Of a stretch of DNA of 64,000 nt, positions 20,147 through 28,577 are shown piece after piece; the stretch's first letter is position 1; every line of letters starts with the position of its first letter. The stretch lies in the IMG/VR virus record IMGVR_UViG_3300025715_000009, positions 288,001-352,000 of that record; one strand, 5' to 3'. The translations under genes were made by a program, and so were the position numbers. Origin of the DNA: a virus (lineage: Duplodnaviria; Caudoviricetes). The notes below the pieces were generated by a model. The model was not told the DNA's origin. It ran no database searches and saw only the letters and a program-made list of their open reading frames with translations.

Positions 20147-20887
20147 TTACTCCTTTAGTTTTTTCATTGCTTTGATTCTGTTTCTTATTATTTTTTTAGA
20201 AAACCTAATATTCTTCATAGAAACAAAATATTCATATAAATAAATAATACTAAATGGCAATAATAAGCTAAATAAAACAAGTGTTAATGAAAGAGAGAAG
20301 ATTAAAACTTTTTGTTTATTTAATATTGAATAATAACTTTCAGCACTTGAATCTACTCCAATAGATGCTATATGATTTTTTGATTTAGAATATAGTGGAC
20401 CATAAGCACTTATACTATAAGTATCAAATTCTTCATCATAAGATGTTTCTTGTTCAATTAAAATTTCTGATGTAAATAAAGACTCAAGCATTAGTTCAAA
20501 ATTTGAAGTATCATATTTTTTACCTAAAAATTCAATCTCTTCATCAGCATCTATAATAAACGATACAATATTTACATCATTAAAAATATAAATATAAATA
20601 TATGTCACATATTCTGGATATAAATTTTTTATAAACTGCAAATTATTTTTAATTTTTGTATATCTAACTAAAACTTCTTCATTTGATAGATTCAATTTAC
20701 CTTGAGAATAAAGTATCAATTGCTCTAAACTATCAGGGCAAACTACTAAAGAAGTAAGTTTAATAATTCTTGCTAATTCTGATTTATAAGCCTGTTCAAC
20801 CATATTTGCTTTTGTATTATAGATAAAAAAGTATACAATTGTTGTAATTATGATTGTATAGAGAATAAAAAATATTGTTTTACGCAC
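20147..20887 (-). CDS. Stand-alone Cache-like extracytoplasmic sensor with two TM helices
   Basis: TM; YIYIY..FIIDAD..G.KYD...DEEFDTYSISAYGPLY...IASIGVD; TM; no output domain. Confidence 0.65.
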   Translation of the reverse strand: MRKTIFFILYTIIITTIVYFFIYNTKANMVEQAYKSELARIIKLTSLVVCPDSLEQLILYSQGKLNLSNEEVLVRYTKIKNNLQFIKNLYPEYVTYIYIYIFNDVNIVSFIIDADEEIEFLGKKYDTSNFELMLESLFTSEILIEQETSYDEEFDTYSISAYGPLYSKSKNHIASIGVDSSAESYYSILNKQKVLIFSLSLTLVLFSLLLPFSIIYLYEYFVSMKNIRFSKKIIRNRIKAMKKLKE

Positions 20888-20921
20888 ATTATCTCCTAAG
20901 ATTATCTTTTAAAAAAATAGT

Positions 20922-20992
20922 TTGCCTTATTTGGATTTGAACCAAAACACTGAGCTTCAGAGACTCGTATGCTACCATTACATCATAAGGCA
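20922..20992 (-). tRNA. tRNA-Gln(CUG)
   Basis: CGAGT-CTCTGAA-GCTCA arm; TGCCTTA/TAAGGCA acceptor. Confidence 0.85.
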
Positions 20993-21322
20993 TCGTTTTC
21001 ATATAATTCAGATAAATCTATTGCATATTGATTATCTTGTAAGTCATTACATTCACATGGAGAAATATTTAACCATGTCATAGCATCTAAGCATGAATAT
21101 AATTTCATTGCGTTTTTTCTGTTCATATATATGCAACATGCATTAAGCTTTTTATTATCTTGACTTATTGATGATAATTCTTTTATAGCCCAATTAGCAT
21201 AATTTTCAAAATTACTTCGGAGAGTAGAGTATCTACAATTTTTTCTTATTTGTTTTAATTTAATTGATTTGAAATCAAATTCTTTAAGAATTAAAATCTT
21301 ATCTTTATATTTAGTTAACATT

Positions 21323-21394
21323 TACTCTCACCAGGAATCGAACCTGGACTTTGAACTTAGGAGGTTCATGTTCTATCCATTAAACTATGAGAAT
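21323..21394 (-). tRNA. tRNA-Arg(CCU)
   Basis: TGAAC-CTCCTAA-GTTCA arm. Confidence 0.92.
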
Positions 21395-21412
21395 TTTATA
21401 AAAACTATTTTC

Positions 21413-21826
21413 TTAAATTCTTTTTGCTTCTATAATTCTCTTTACATTTTGATAAATTTTTGGAGATTCTTTAGTAGCCTCAGCTTCATTAGATCTAAAG
21501 AATTCACACATTTCAAATTCTGTCTCTTCATCTTCACCAAAATAAGATCCCCAACCGGATATAGAACCAACTCTTAAATGTTGGCTTGAATCAAAATAAA
21601 CCTTACCAGTGTCTGAATCAACTTCTTGGGTGTTATCGCTTGGTAATTCCACAATCCTTGTAATCTTCATTCTCATTCCACCTGGTTTAGTGTTGAGAAC
21701 CTTACCATAGATGTTAAACATTTCACCTTCAATGTGAACATAGTCATCTTTTTGCATTTCACTGAATGAAGAATATTGTTTAGATTCCTTTGCTTCTAAT
21801 AATTTATTAAAATCAGAAAAATTCAT
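21413..21826 (-). CDS. Putative virion-internal protein
   Basis: N-terminus MNFSDFNKLLEA; GGAGG RBS. Confidence 0.6.
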   Translation of the reverse strand: MNFSDFNKLLEAKESKQYSSFSEMQKDDYVHIEGEMFNIYGKVLNTKPGGMRMKITRIVELPSDNTQEVDSDTGKVYFDSSQHLRVGSISGWGSYFGEDEETEFEMCEFFRSNEAEATKESPKIYQNVKRIIEAKRI

Positions 21827-21907
21827 TACAACCTCCTAATGGTATAATATAATATATCTTTCTTCATTTAATAAAATAATTCAAAAATAATAAAATAATT
21901 CAAAAAA

Positions 21908-21980
21908 AGCCGCTTCTGAGAATCGAACTCAGATTACTTGTTTACGAAACAAGCGTAATAATCCATTATACGAAAGCGGC
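21908..21980 (-). tRNA. tRNA-Thr(CGU)
   Basis: CTTGT-TTCGTAA-ACAAG arm. Confidence 0.92.
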
Positions 21981-21987
21981 TTATTCT

Positions 21988-22425
21988 CTACTCTATATTC
22001 CACCAATTCTTATCATATTCTACTAGCAGGACTTCAATAATGCCATATTTTCTATTTTCTGGTTTCTCATATACTTTATCTAGAGAAACAATAACTGTCT
22101 GAACATTTACACTAAAATATGCCCAATTGCTAAACATCTCAAGCAAATCATATGCTACTTTTGTATCGCCTGTGTAATTATTAACCAGTAATTCTTTAAA
22201 TTTTGGACTTTCTTGTAGTGCCCAAACATATTCTAGCATGGTGTTAAGACCAAAGAAAATGCCTCTAACAAATGTTTCTTTTGTAGATGTAGTGAATGTT
22301 ACCCAGTTTTCCCCATTAAGAGTTAAAATTCCTCTATCTGGTCTAGGTGGAGAATCACTAATTTGAGCAAATGCAGAAAAAACTAGACTAAGAAAAACCA
22401 GGACAAACATAATCTTCTTGAACAT
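21988..22425 (-). CDS. Secreted protein, paralog of 19508..19870
   Basis: Signal peptide ending AFAQ; shared motifs with the paralog. Confidence 0.7.
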   Translation of the reverse strand: MFKKIMFVLVFLSLVFSAFAQISDSPPRPDRGILTLNGENWVTFTTSTKETFVRGIFFGLNTMLEYVWALQESPKFKELLVNNYTGDTKVAYDLLEMFSNWAYFSVNVQTVIVSLDKVYEKPENRKYGIIEVLLVEYDKNWWNIE

Positions 22426-22449
22426 CTTAACTCCTTTAAAAAAAGATTA

Positions 22450-22536
22450 CGGAAAGTGAGGGATTTGAACCCTCGGTGCCCTTACGAACACGCAATCTTA
22501 GCAGGATTGTGCCTTAGACCACTCGGCCAACTTTCC
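22450..22536 (-). tRNA. tRNA-Ser(GCU)
   Basis: CAATC-CTGCTAA-GATTG arm, long variable arm. Confidence 0.95.
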
Positions 22537-22537
22537 A

Positions 22538-22963
22538 TTAAATATGCAATATATCTATGTTATTTGATTCAAAAATTATATTATTAGGACTTACTGCCCA
22601 AGTATATCTCATCTTATCCAAAATAGCAGATACAATAACTTGAACATTTTTACGATTAAATCCATTTCCTCGAATTGAAGCTATCTCTAAATATAATGTC
22701 TTGTTTGCAGGTACATACCCCCAATAAAAAGTAAAATCTGTTTCTCCTTCTAATTTCTGCTTAATTTGAGCATGCTTCATGCCTTGCATGGAGATAAATG
22801 CTTCGCCTTTAGATGAATATACTCCTCGACCCCAATTAGATCCAAATGGTTGCATGGGTTGAGTTGAATCAATCCATCCTTTAGGAAGATATTGTTTAAT
22901 TGAAGAAAAAGAAGTAATAAGTTTGCTGACTGTTGCTTCTGTTAAAACTTTGTCAAACTTCAT
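22538..22963 (-). CDS. Putative virion-internal protein
   Basis: N-terminus MKFDKVLTEA. Confidence 0.55.
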   Translation of the reverse strand: MKFDKVLTEATVSKLITSFSSIKQYLPKGWIDSTQPMQPFGSNWGRGVYSSKGEAFISMQGMKHAQIKQKLEGETDFTFYWGYVPANKTLYLEIASIRGNGFNRKNVQVIVSAILDKMRYTWAVSPNNIIFESNNIDILHI

Positions 22964-23084
22964 GTTCTAATTCCTCTAGATATTTTTCAATATCTTTTTC
23001 TAAATCTTTGTCTTTAATTCTCATAAAAGTGAGAGCTTTGAGCATCCACTTTAATAAGAAAATTACAAGACTTGTTTTCATCTA

Positions 23085-23110
23085 GGTGATCGGTGGGAGT
23101 TGAACCCACC
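23085..23110 (-). pseudogene. Orphan tRNA 3' fragment (His-type)
   Basis: GTGGG-TTCAACT-CCCAC-CGATCAC-C: T-arm, acceptor strand and C73. Confidence 0.7.
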
Positions 23111-23159
23111 TTATATTATACTGAAATAATATCCTTTCTAAAATAATTTACAACTATTA

Positions 23160-23231
23160 GGGGTTTAGAGGGAATTGAACCCTCGACAGTGGTTCCACAG
23201 ACCACGGTTTTACCACTAAACTATAAACCCC
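23160..23231 (-). tRNA. tRNA-His(GUG) with encoded G-1
   Basis: GGGGTTTA/TAAACCCC acceptor; GTGGT-CTGTGGA-ACCAC arm. Confidence 0.92.
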
Positions 23232-23234
23232 ATG

Positions 23235-24050
23235 CTATTTTAATCCTAAACGAATTTCTTCTCTAATGATATCTTCATTGAACCATTTTATTAAAACCTT
23301 ATTTTGTTCTTCTGCTGCTTTCCATTTTAACAAATCTTTTTTTGTTGTATATCCTTTTGTTTCAATATAATAAGAATTATTAACTTTAAAATCAAACAAA
23401 TACATATGTTCTTTATTATCTTCATCTATATACACTATTCTATCTTTAGTATATTCCCAACATAAAATTTCTTTATTTTCTAACATTTTATCTAAAACAA
23501 AACATGTTCTTAATTCATATGTTCCTTGAACTTTTATGTTTTTATAGTAAAACCATTTTGTGGTTCCTCCATAAACTTTTTTACCATTCTTGTATTGTTT
23601 TTTTAATATATTAGATTGTTTATCTCTATGTTCTTGAGATTTTATTTTACATTGAAAACATAATCCAGATTTGGATTTTTTATTAATTTGTTTACCACAC
23701 TTGCAATATAAGCGTTTATATTTAGTTTTTCCCTTATTATGTGGTATTTTGCCTTTTATTTTAATTGATATTTTTAATTTTGTTTTTTCTGTATGTTTTC
23801 GGCTATTACCACAGGAATGAGAACAATATTTCCTTTCTTTTTTGTCTATATGCTGCGTTCCATCTTTTTTTATTTTTCTTTCTATTTCAAATTCTTTTCC
23901 ACATTTAAGGCATTTTTTTATTATTTTAACTCTTTGAAGAGTTAAAGAATTACTAGATTTTATATAAAGTTCTGGGTTATGTGATGCTTTATGACCACCA
24001 TATGCTGATGAGTTTTTAAATTCTTTTCCACATATTTCACATTTATACAT
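23235..24050 (-). CDS. Multi-Zn-finger plus PD-(D/E)XK (TnsA-N-like) free-standing endonuclease
   Basis: YKCEICGKEF...GGH..SH, CLKC, YCSHSC, HTEKTKLKIS NUMOD-like segment, QGTYE...YLFDFKV...IETKGY; probable start at 24050. Confidence 0.8.
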   Translation of the reverse strand: MYKCEICGKEFKNSSAYGGHKASHNPELYIKSSNSLTLQRVKIIKKCLKCGKEFEIERKIKKDGTQHIDKKERKYCSHSCGNSRKHTEKTKLKISIKIKGKIPHNKGKTKYKRLYCKCGKQINKKSKSGLCFQCKIKSQEHRDKQSNILKKQYKNGKKVYGGTTKWFYYKNIKVQGTYELRTCFVLDKMLENKEILCWEYTKDRIVYIDEDNKEHMYLFDFKVNNSYYIETKGYTTKKDLLKWKAAEEQNKVLIKWFNEDIIREEIRLGLK

Positions 24051-24077
24051 TATATTTGTTTTATATAAAAAAATAAA

Positions 24078-24155
24078 GGTGGTCGACGGGATTCGAACCC
24101 GCATTCTTTTCAGCCTGATCCACAGTCAGGTGCATAACCGTTCTGCCACGACCAC
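24078..24155 (-). tRNA. tRNA-His(GUG), no encoded G-1, enlarged variable loop
   Basis: CCTGA-CTGTGGA-TCAGG arm; GTGGTCG/CGACCAC-C acceptor. Confidence 0.88.
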
Positions 24156-24157
24156 AG

Positions 24158-24230
24158 TGGAGAATGCCGGACTTGAACCGGCCACATCCAGCTTGCAAAG
24201 CTGACGCTCTACCAGATGAGCTAATTCCCC
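24158..24230 (-). tRNA. tRNA-Ala(UGC)
   Basis: TCAGC-TTTGCAA-GCTGG arm; G3-U70 pair. Confidence 0.93.
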
Positions 24231-24396
24231 ATGATGAGTGAAGTATTATTTACATTTACATTTACTTCACTTACTTCTTTGCCACACAAACACTCTTTCT
24301 TTATCTTTACTAGTTTACCATCCTTGTAGATATAAATTTTTATTATACCTTGATTTATTGAGCAAAATTTACATGTATCACAATTCCATTCCATAG

Positions 24397-24469
24397 AGAC
24401 CCCGACAGGATTTGAACCTGCATAAAATGGATTTGCAATCCACTCCCTAGCCATTCGGGTCACGGAGCC
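24397..24469 (-). tRNA. tRNA-Cys(GCA)
   Basis: GTGGA-TTGCAAA-TCCAT arm; U73. Confidence 0.92.
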
Positions 24470-24587
24470 ACAGAAAACATAAAAGCAAGTAAGATGAAAA
24501 TAAAACCAGAAAAGAAAATAAAACTACCAATAAAACGAAATATAATCTTCATGCTTTTATTATATATTATATTTTAATCCTCTAAAA

Positions 24588-24670
24588 CGGAAACGGTGAG
24601 ATTCGAACTCACAAGCCCTCTCGGACCACTGGTTTTCGAAACCAGCGCCTTACCATTAGACTACGTTTCC
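24588..24670 (-). tRNA. tRNA-Ser(CGA)
   Basis: CTGGT-TTCGAAA-ACCAG arm, long variable arm. Confidence 0.92.
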
Positions 24671-24943
24671 ATAAATCTATAAATTAAATTGACAATATTC
24701 CTCTCCTTTTTGCATAAAATATTTTCCATCTTTTTCAAAAATAGGTGATAACACCCCATTTTCTTCTTTTTTACCAATAATAAAAGAAAATTTTTTGTCT
24801 TCATGCTGCAATATTATTTTTTTATTTGGATAATTAAGTTCTACAAGTTTATAGAGTAAATCATCAGTATTGTCATCTATAACTTCATAATTTAGTGGTG
24901 AGTTTTTATTTTCCATTTTTATTAAAAATTTTTGTATCATATA

Positions 24944-25016
24944 AGCCGCTTCCAGGAATTGAACCCGGGTCTTCAGTTTACAAGACTGTTGTAATAGCCA
25001 ACTATACTAAAGCGGC
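24944..25016 (-). tRNA. tRNA-Thr(UGU), second copy
   Basis: ACAGT-CTTGTAA-ACTGA arm. Confidence 0.9.
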
Positions 25017-25021
25017 ATAAG

Positions 25022-25094
25022 CGGGCATATCTGGTTACGATCCGGAACTACAAGATTGACAGTCTTGCGTGCAGAGCCACTACACTATACACCC
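25022..25094 (-). tRNA. tRNA-Asp(GUC), atypical T-loop ATCGTAA
   Basis: CAAGA-CTGTCAA-TCTTG arm. Confidence 0.82.
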
Positions 25095-25097
25095 ATA

Positions 25098-25182
25098 CGG
25101 AGAGAGGGAGACTCGAACTCCCAAGTCATATTTCAGACCACCTCGTTTCCAACGAGGCCAAATACCATTATCACATCTCTCC
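25098..25182 (-). tRNA. tRNA-Ser(GGA)
   Basis: CCTCG-TTGGAAA-CGAGG arm, long variable arm. Confidence 0.88.
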
Positions 25183-26083
25183 ATTGGTCCTCTTATAGAG
25201 GACCATTAATTTACTTCTTCTTTTCTTTTCTTATTGGCTCTTCATATCTAAGAGCACAATTCCAACAAAGACGACCATTTGGATCGTTCTTTTTTGTGCA
25301 ATCACTGCACCAAATCCAAACTCTCTCATAATCTTTTTTTGTGTCCATAAACACCTCCGATTAATATAGAGGTGTTTTTAACTTCCTTTCATTTGTGCTC
25401 CTATTTAAACTCTAAATTTTCATTTTTAGAAATAGCATTTAACATTCCATTACACAATTCTAACCCCATAGTTATATCATAATCATCAAATTGTGTTAAT
25501 AACAAACCCTTTGCTAATTCATTTACTGGCTTGTTAAATAATTCTAATGTTTTTTCTCTCAAAATAGGTTCAATTTTCTTTAATTGCTCTGGTGTTAATT
25601 CCCCGTCACAATCTGAATGATCAAAGAAATCATATAATGGGTGGTCTACAGAGATTTGTTCTAACCACACATCTTCTTTATATAAAAAATATAAGTCATC
25701 AGAAAATCCACATTGATTCCATATACGACGTCTATATTGTCCAAAACCAGAATATGACCAATGCGCATTACAATGTGAAAAATCTATTCCCATAATCTCT
25801 CCATTTATTTATTAAATATAGAAATTATAATTTTTTCTAGTGCTTCAAGAACTATATTTAAATTATCTTGTATATCTAGAGGTGTTAAGTATTCTTCTAC
25901 ATTTTCTTTTGGTACCTCACCTCTTACATAAAACCAGGGACCATTTTCTTTTGTTGCATTTTTATCAATTGGTATTGGTTCAAAAAAATAAACAACAGCT
26001 TTTTCACTTTTTTTTGTGCTAAAAACAAGACTATAATATCCAGCTTTTGTTTTACCAAATATCATAATATCCTCCTTACTTTA

Positions 26084-26154
26084 ATCCCTGACTAGGAGTC
26101 GAACCTAGACCGTAAGATTCAAAATCTTTTATGCTACCGCTACACCATCAGGGA
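26084..26154 (-). tRNA. tRNA-Gln(UUG), second copy
   Basis: AAAGA-TTTTGAA-TCTTA arm. Confidence 0.88.
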
Positions 26155-26157
26155 AAG

Positions 26158-26384
26158 TAATGAGGGCCTAGGACCCTCATTGTTGAGATTTGTAGTGCTC
26201 TCACACATTACAATTGTGCGCAAAGGGGCTCTCAAACCCTTTTAACCCACTGAGATTCATCAGCTCCCCATGTGGACCAGCAATATAGCACATCGAATTT
26301 AACGCCGAGATTGTGCAAAGGGCGTGCCAGGTCAGGTCATAAGGCCAACCACCTTTATTCACTCCAAAAGGTAAGGAGGAGTAA
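26158..26384 (-). ncRNA. Unidentified structured RNA between tRNA-Ala and tRNA-Gln
   Basis: GC-elevated, multiple hairpins (AAAGGG..CCCTTT; ATGAGGG-TCCTAGG-CCCTCAT), no credible ORF. Confidence 0.5.
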
Positions 26385-26385
26385 G

Positions 26386-26457
26386 TGGACACGGGGGGAT
26401 TCGAACCCCTTAGACCTGAATGCAAATCAGGCGCATTACCAGTTATGCTACCGGCCC
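26386..26457 (-). tRNA. tRNA-Ala(UGC), second copy
   Basis: CCTGA-TTTGCAT-TCAGG arm; G3-U70 pair. Confidence 0.88.
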
Positions 26458-26461
26458 ATGG

Positions 26462-26543
26462 TAGGTCAGGTTGGACTTTAACTAACATCTTCCGTAGTTG
26501 TTCATGACCAGAGCTACGGCGTTTTAATTATTACTACTGACCT
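26462..26543 (-). ncRNA. tRNA-like RNA with a 16-nt loop in the anticodon position
   Basis: AGGTCAG/CTGACCT acceptor, CCGTAG-CTCTGGTCATGAACAA-CTACGG arm, degenerate T-arm. Confidence 0.55.
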
Positions 26544-27060
26544 GTTTGTGCAATTTTATGATTAATTGCTGTAATCCTATTTATGCAAATTTTTCTCATA
26601 AAAGGCAACTTATATCTAAACAATCGAGAAAGAAAACAAAAGAATAGATTATCAGAACCATGAACAAGCTTGTAATAAAAGTTGATTTTACTTCTAAGGC
26701 TTTTCATATTTCTCCTTTAGCTTCTTTAGTAAGGCTAATTCCTCTTCCTCTTTTTGCTTTTTCATCAACTTTGCTTCAGCTCTTTTTCGCTTTCTTGCTT
26801 CAGCCTCCTTATTGCATCGAATAGCAAACTCTTCATTAGTCTCATCTCTTATTCCAAAAATGGTATAAGAGCCAGGAGCATGTTCATTATATGCATAATC
26901 ATAATCAATTAAAAATGACTTATATTTTGTTCTATCAACATCACCAATTAAAAGATTCCAGAGGTCTTCAGGAGTAGATATAGTATGTGAATCTAATCTC
27001 GAAACTGAATAGTTGTCTATTTCATCTCTTACTTCCATCTTTTCCATCATCTACTCCTTT

Positions 27061-27087
27061 TGCAAGATACAGGACTCGAACCTGTGG
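27061..27087 (-). pseudogene. 3' fragment of a disrupted Val-type tRNA
   Basis: ACAGG-TTCGAGT-CCTGT-ATCTTGC-A. Confidence 0.85.
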
Positions 27088-27094
27088 TAATACT

Positions 27095-27167
27095 TAGGGG
27101 CTGAAGGGTACGATCCTCCGACATCTACGGTGTAAACGTAGCGCTCTCCCAACTGAGCTAAGCCCCC
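27095..27167 (-). tRNA. tRNA-Val(UAC), atypical T-loop ATCGTAC
   Basis: CTACG-TTTACAC-CGTAG arm. Confidence 0.9.
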
Positions 27168-27907
27168 AAATTTAAAATCAATTCTACAAATTCTTCATAT
27201 TTCTTAACTACATAAAAATTCAATTTATTCTCTTTATATAGTTCTATTTTATCCAACCATTTTTCATATGACTTTTTAAAACTTTCGTAATTCTTAACTC
27301 TATCTCTATCAATTCCATCTAATTCAATCCAAATATCTTTATCAACTAAATATATATCACTTAGTCTTGATGAATTTGGCAAATATTTATGAGGATCAAA
27401 TCTTATATTTTTATCTTCTAAGAAATTAAAACATTTTTCTTCTAAAGAAGATTGAAAATATGTTCCAACCTTAGTATATCCTTTTTTTCCAAATCCACCT
27501 TTTCTCCCAATTTCTCCAAGTCTTTTTCTTTCTTTTAACGAAGAAGCATTTTTTTTATTTACTATAGACATTGTTAATTTAAAATCTGATGAACTTCTAT
27601 AACAATCCACACAATATCCAGTTTTATTACCATATTTTAGTAATTTATTACAAGTTTTACAATATCCATATATTTTCTTTTTTTTAATATTTTTAGGTTT
27701 TTTAAGTGATAATTTGACTCCTAATGAAATTTTTCTTTTCCATTCTTCTGAGTGGACATGCCCATTTGCACAAGATCTACTACAGAATTCTCTTTCATAT
27801 TTTGGAACATTTTGAAATCCATTTTCTGATATAGTTCTAAAAACTTCAAATTCTTTTCCACACTTTTTACATATTTTATTAATTGCAATTTTATTTAATT
27901 TTTTCAT
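27158..27907 (-). CDS. Zn-finger plus PD-(D/E)XK/DUF559-like free-standing endonuclease
   Basis: CKKCGKEF...FCSRSCAN, HSEEWKRKIS, CKTC..CVDC, QSSLE...SDIYL..DIWIELDG. Confidence 0.8.
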   Translation of the reverse strand: MKKLNKIAINKICKKCGKEFEVFRTISENGFQNVPKYEREFCSRSCANGHVHSEEWKRKISLGVKLSLKKPKNIKKKKIYGYCKTCNKLLKYGNKTGYCVDCYRSSSDFKLTMSIVNKKNASSLKERKRLGEIGRKGGFGKKGYTKVGTYFQSSLEEKCFNFLEDKNIRFDPHKYLPNSSRLSDIYLVDKDIWIELDGIDRDRVKNYESFKKSYEKWLDKIELYKENKLNFYVVKKYEEFVELILNLGA

Positions 27908-27964
27908 ATAATTATCTTATATAAACAAATCGAACCATGTGTTTTCTATATGTTATTTTTTCTT

Positions 27965-27982
27965 CAGCTGGGCTAATCTTGC
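27965..27982 (-). pseudogene. 5' fragment of the disrupted Val-type tRNA
   Basis: GCAAGAT-TA-GCCC-AGCTG; pairs 7/7 with the 3' fragment at 27062-27068. Confidence 0.85.
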
Positions 27983-27988
27983 ATAATA

Positions 27989-28062
27989 CGAGCCGTGCAG
28001 GAGTCGAACCTGCCTCCACGGATTAACAGTTCGTACCCTCACCACGACGGGCCTACGACTCA
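27989..28062 (-). tRNA. tRNA-Asn(GUU), atypical
   Basis: ACGAA-CTGTTAA-TCCGT arm; irregular D-arm and acceptor. Confidence 0.7.
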
Positions 28063-28069
28063 AATAATA

Positions 28070-28142
28070 CTCCTGGTGTAGGGTTCGAACCTACGACCCA
28101 ATGGTTAACAGCCATTTGCTCTGCCAACTGAGCTAACCAGGA
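28070..28142 (-). tRNA. tRNA-Asn(GUU)
   Basis: AATGG-CTGTTAA-CCATT arm. Confidence 0.95.
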
Positions 28143-28146
28143 ATGA

Positions 28147-28220
28147 TGCATGCACCTGGTGTTGGACCAGGACCTTCAGTTTATCAGACTGACGTGCAGA
28201 ACCGCTACAGCCATGCATGC
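28147..28220 (-). tRNA. tRNA-Ile(GAU), atypical T-loop TCCAACA
   Basis: TCAGT-CTGATAA-ACTGA arm. Confidence 0.78.
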
Positions 28221-28225
28221 GTTTA

Positions 28226-28296
28226 CAGGTCGTGAAGGAATCGAACCCTCAACTTAGGTTTTGGAGACTCATATGATACCGTTTCACCAACGACCT
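28226..28296 (-). tRNA. tRNA-Trp(CCA)
   Basis: CTCCAAA loop; AGGTCGT/ACGACCT-G acceptor. Confidence 0.9.
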
Positions 28297-28304
28297 ATAA
28301 ATTT

Positions 28305-28435
28305 TTCTGTTTTCTTCTGAGAGTGTGAGTTCCACTCTGTTAATCCTCTTTCGAGGCACGACATATACCGCTTCTTTCGAAGAACTACCTTTCGGCATTT
28401 CGGTATACCGCTTGCATCCCTCTCAGCTACAGAAT
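28305..28435 (-). ncRNA. Unidentified multi-hairpin RNA with three GAAA tetraloops
   Basis: CTGAGAG/CTCTCAG, TATACCG/CGGTATA, GCC-GAAA-GGT, CTTC-GAAA-GAAG, CCTC-GAAA-GAGG. Confidence 0.65.
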
Positions 28436-28446
28436 AAAACAGAATA

Positions 28447-28526
28447 CTGGGGCGACAGGACTCGAACCTGCATAAGATTTCTCCACTGGTTAACAGCCAG
28501 TTGCTCAGCCTTTGAGCCACACCCCA
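28447..28526 (-). tRNA. tRNA-Asn(GUU) with extended variable arm
   Basis: ACTGG-CTGTTAA-CCAGT arm followed by GGAGAAATCTTAT. Confidence 0.85.
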
Positions 28527-28577
28527 ATGTGCAACCCTAGAGTCGCTAGGCGTCTCTTTATTGGGTCGCAAGCGTCT

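Larger units (their letters stand above)
27088..27964 (-). mobile_element. Putative nuclease plus replacement-tRNA cassette inserted in a tRNA-Val gene
   Basis: Flanked by complementary 5' (GCAAGAT) and 3' (ATCTTGC) tRNA ends; contains promoter motif, nuclease and intact tRNA-Val. Confidence 0.75.

Noticed and set aside
27088-27964. Group I intron as the explanation of the split tRNA-Val
   Set aside because: No intron core and no room for one, and joining the flanks cannot rebuild a tRNA because the anticodon arm is missing.
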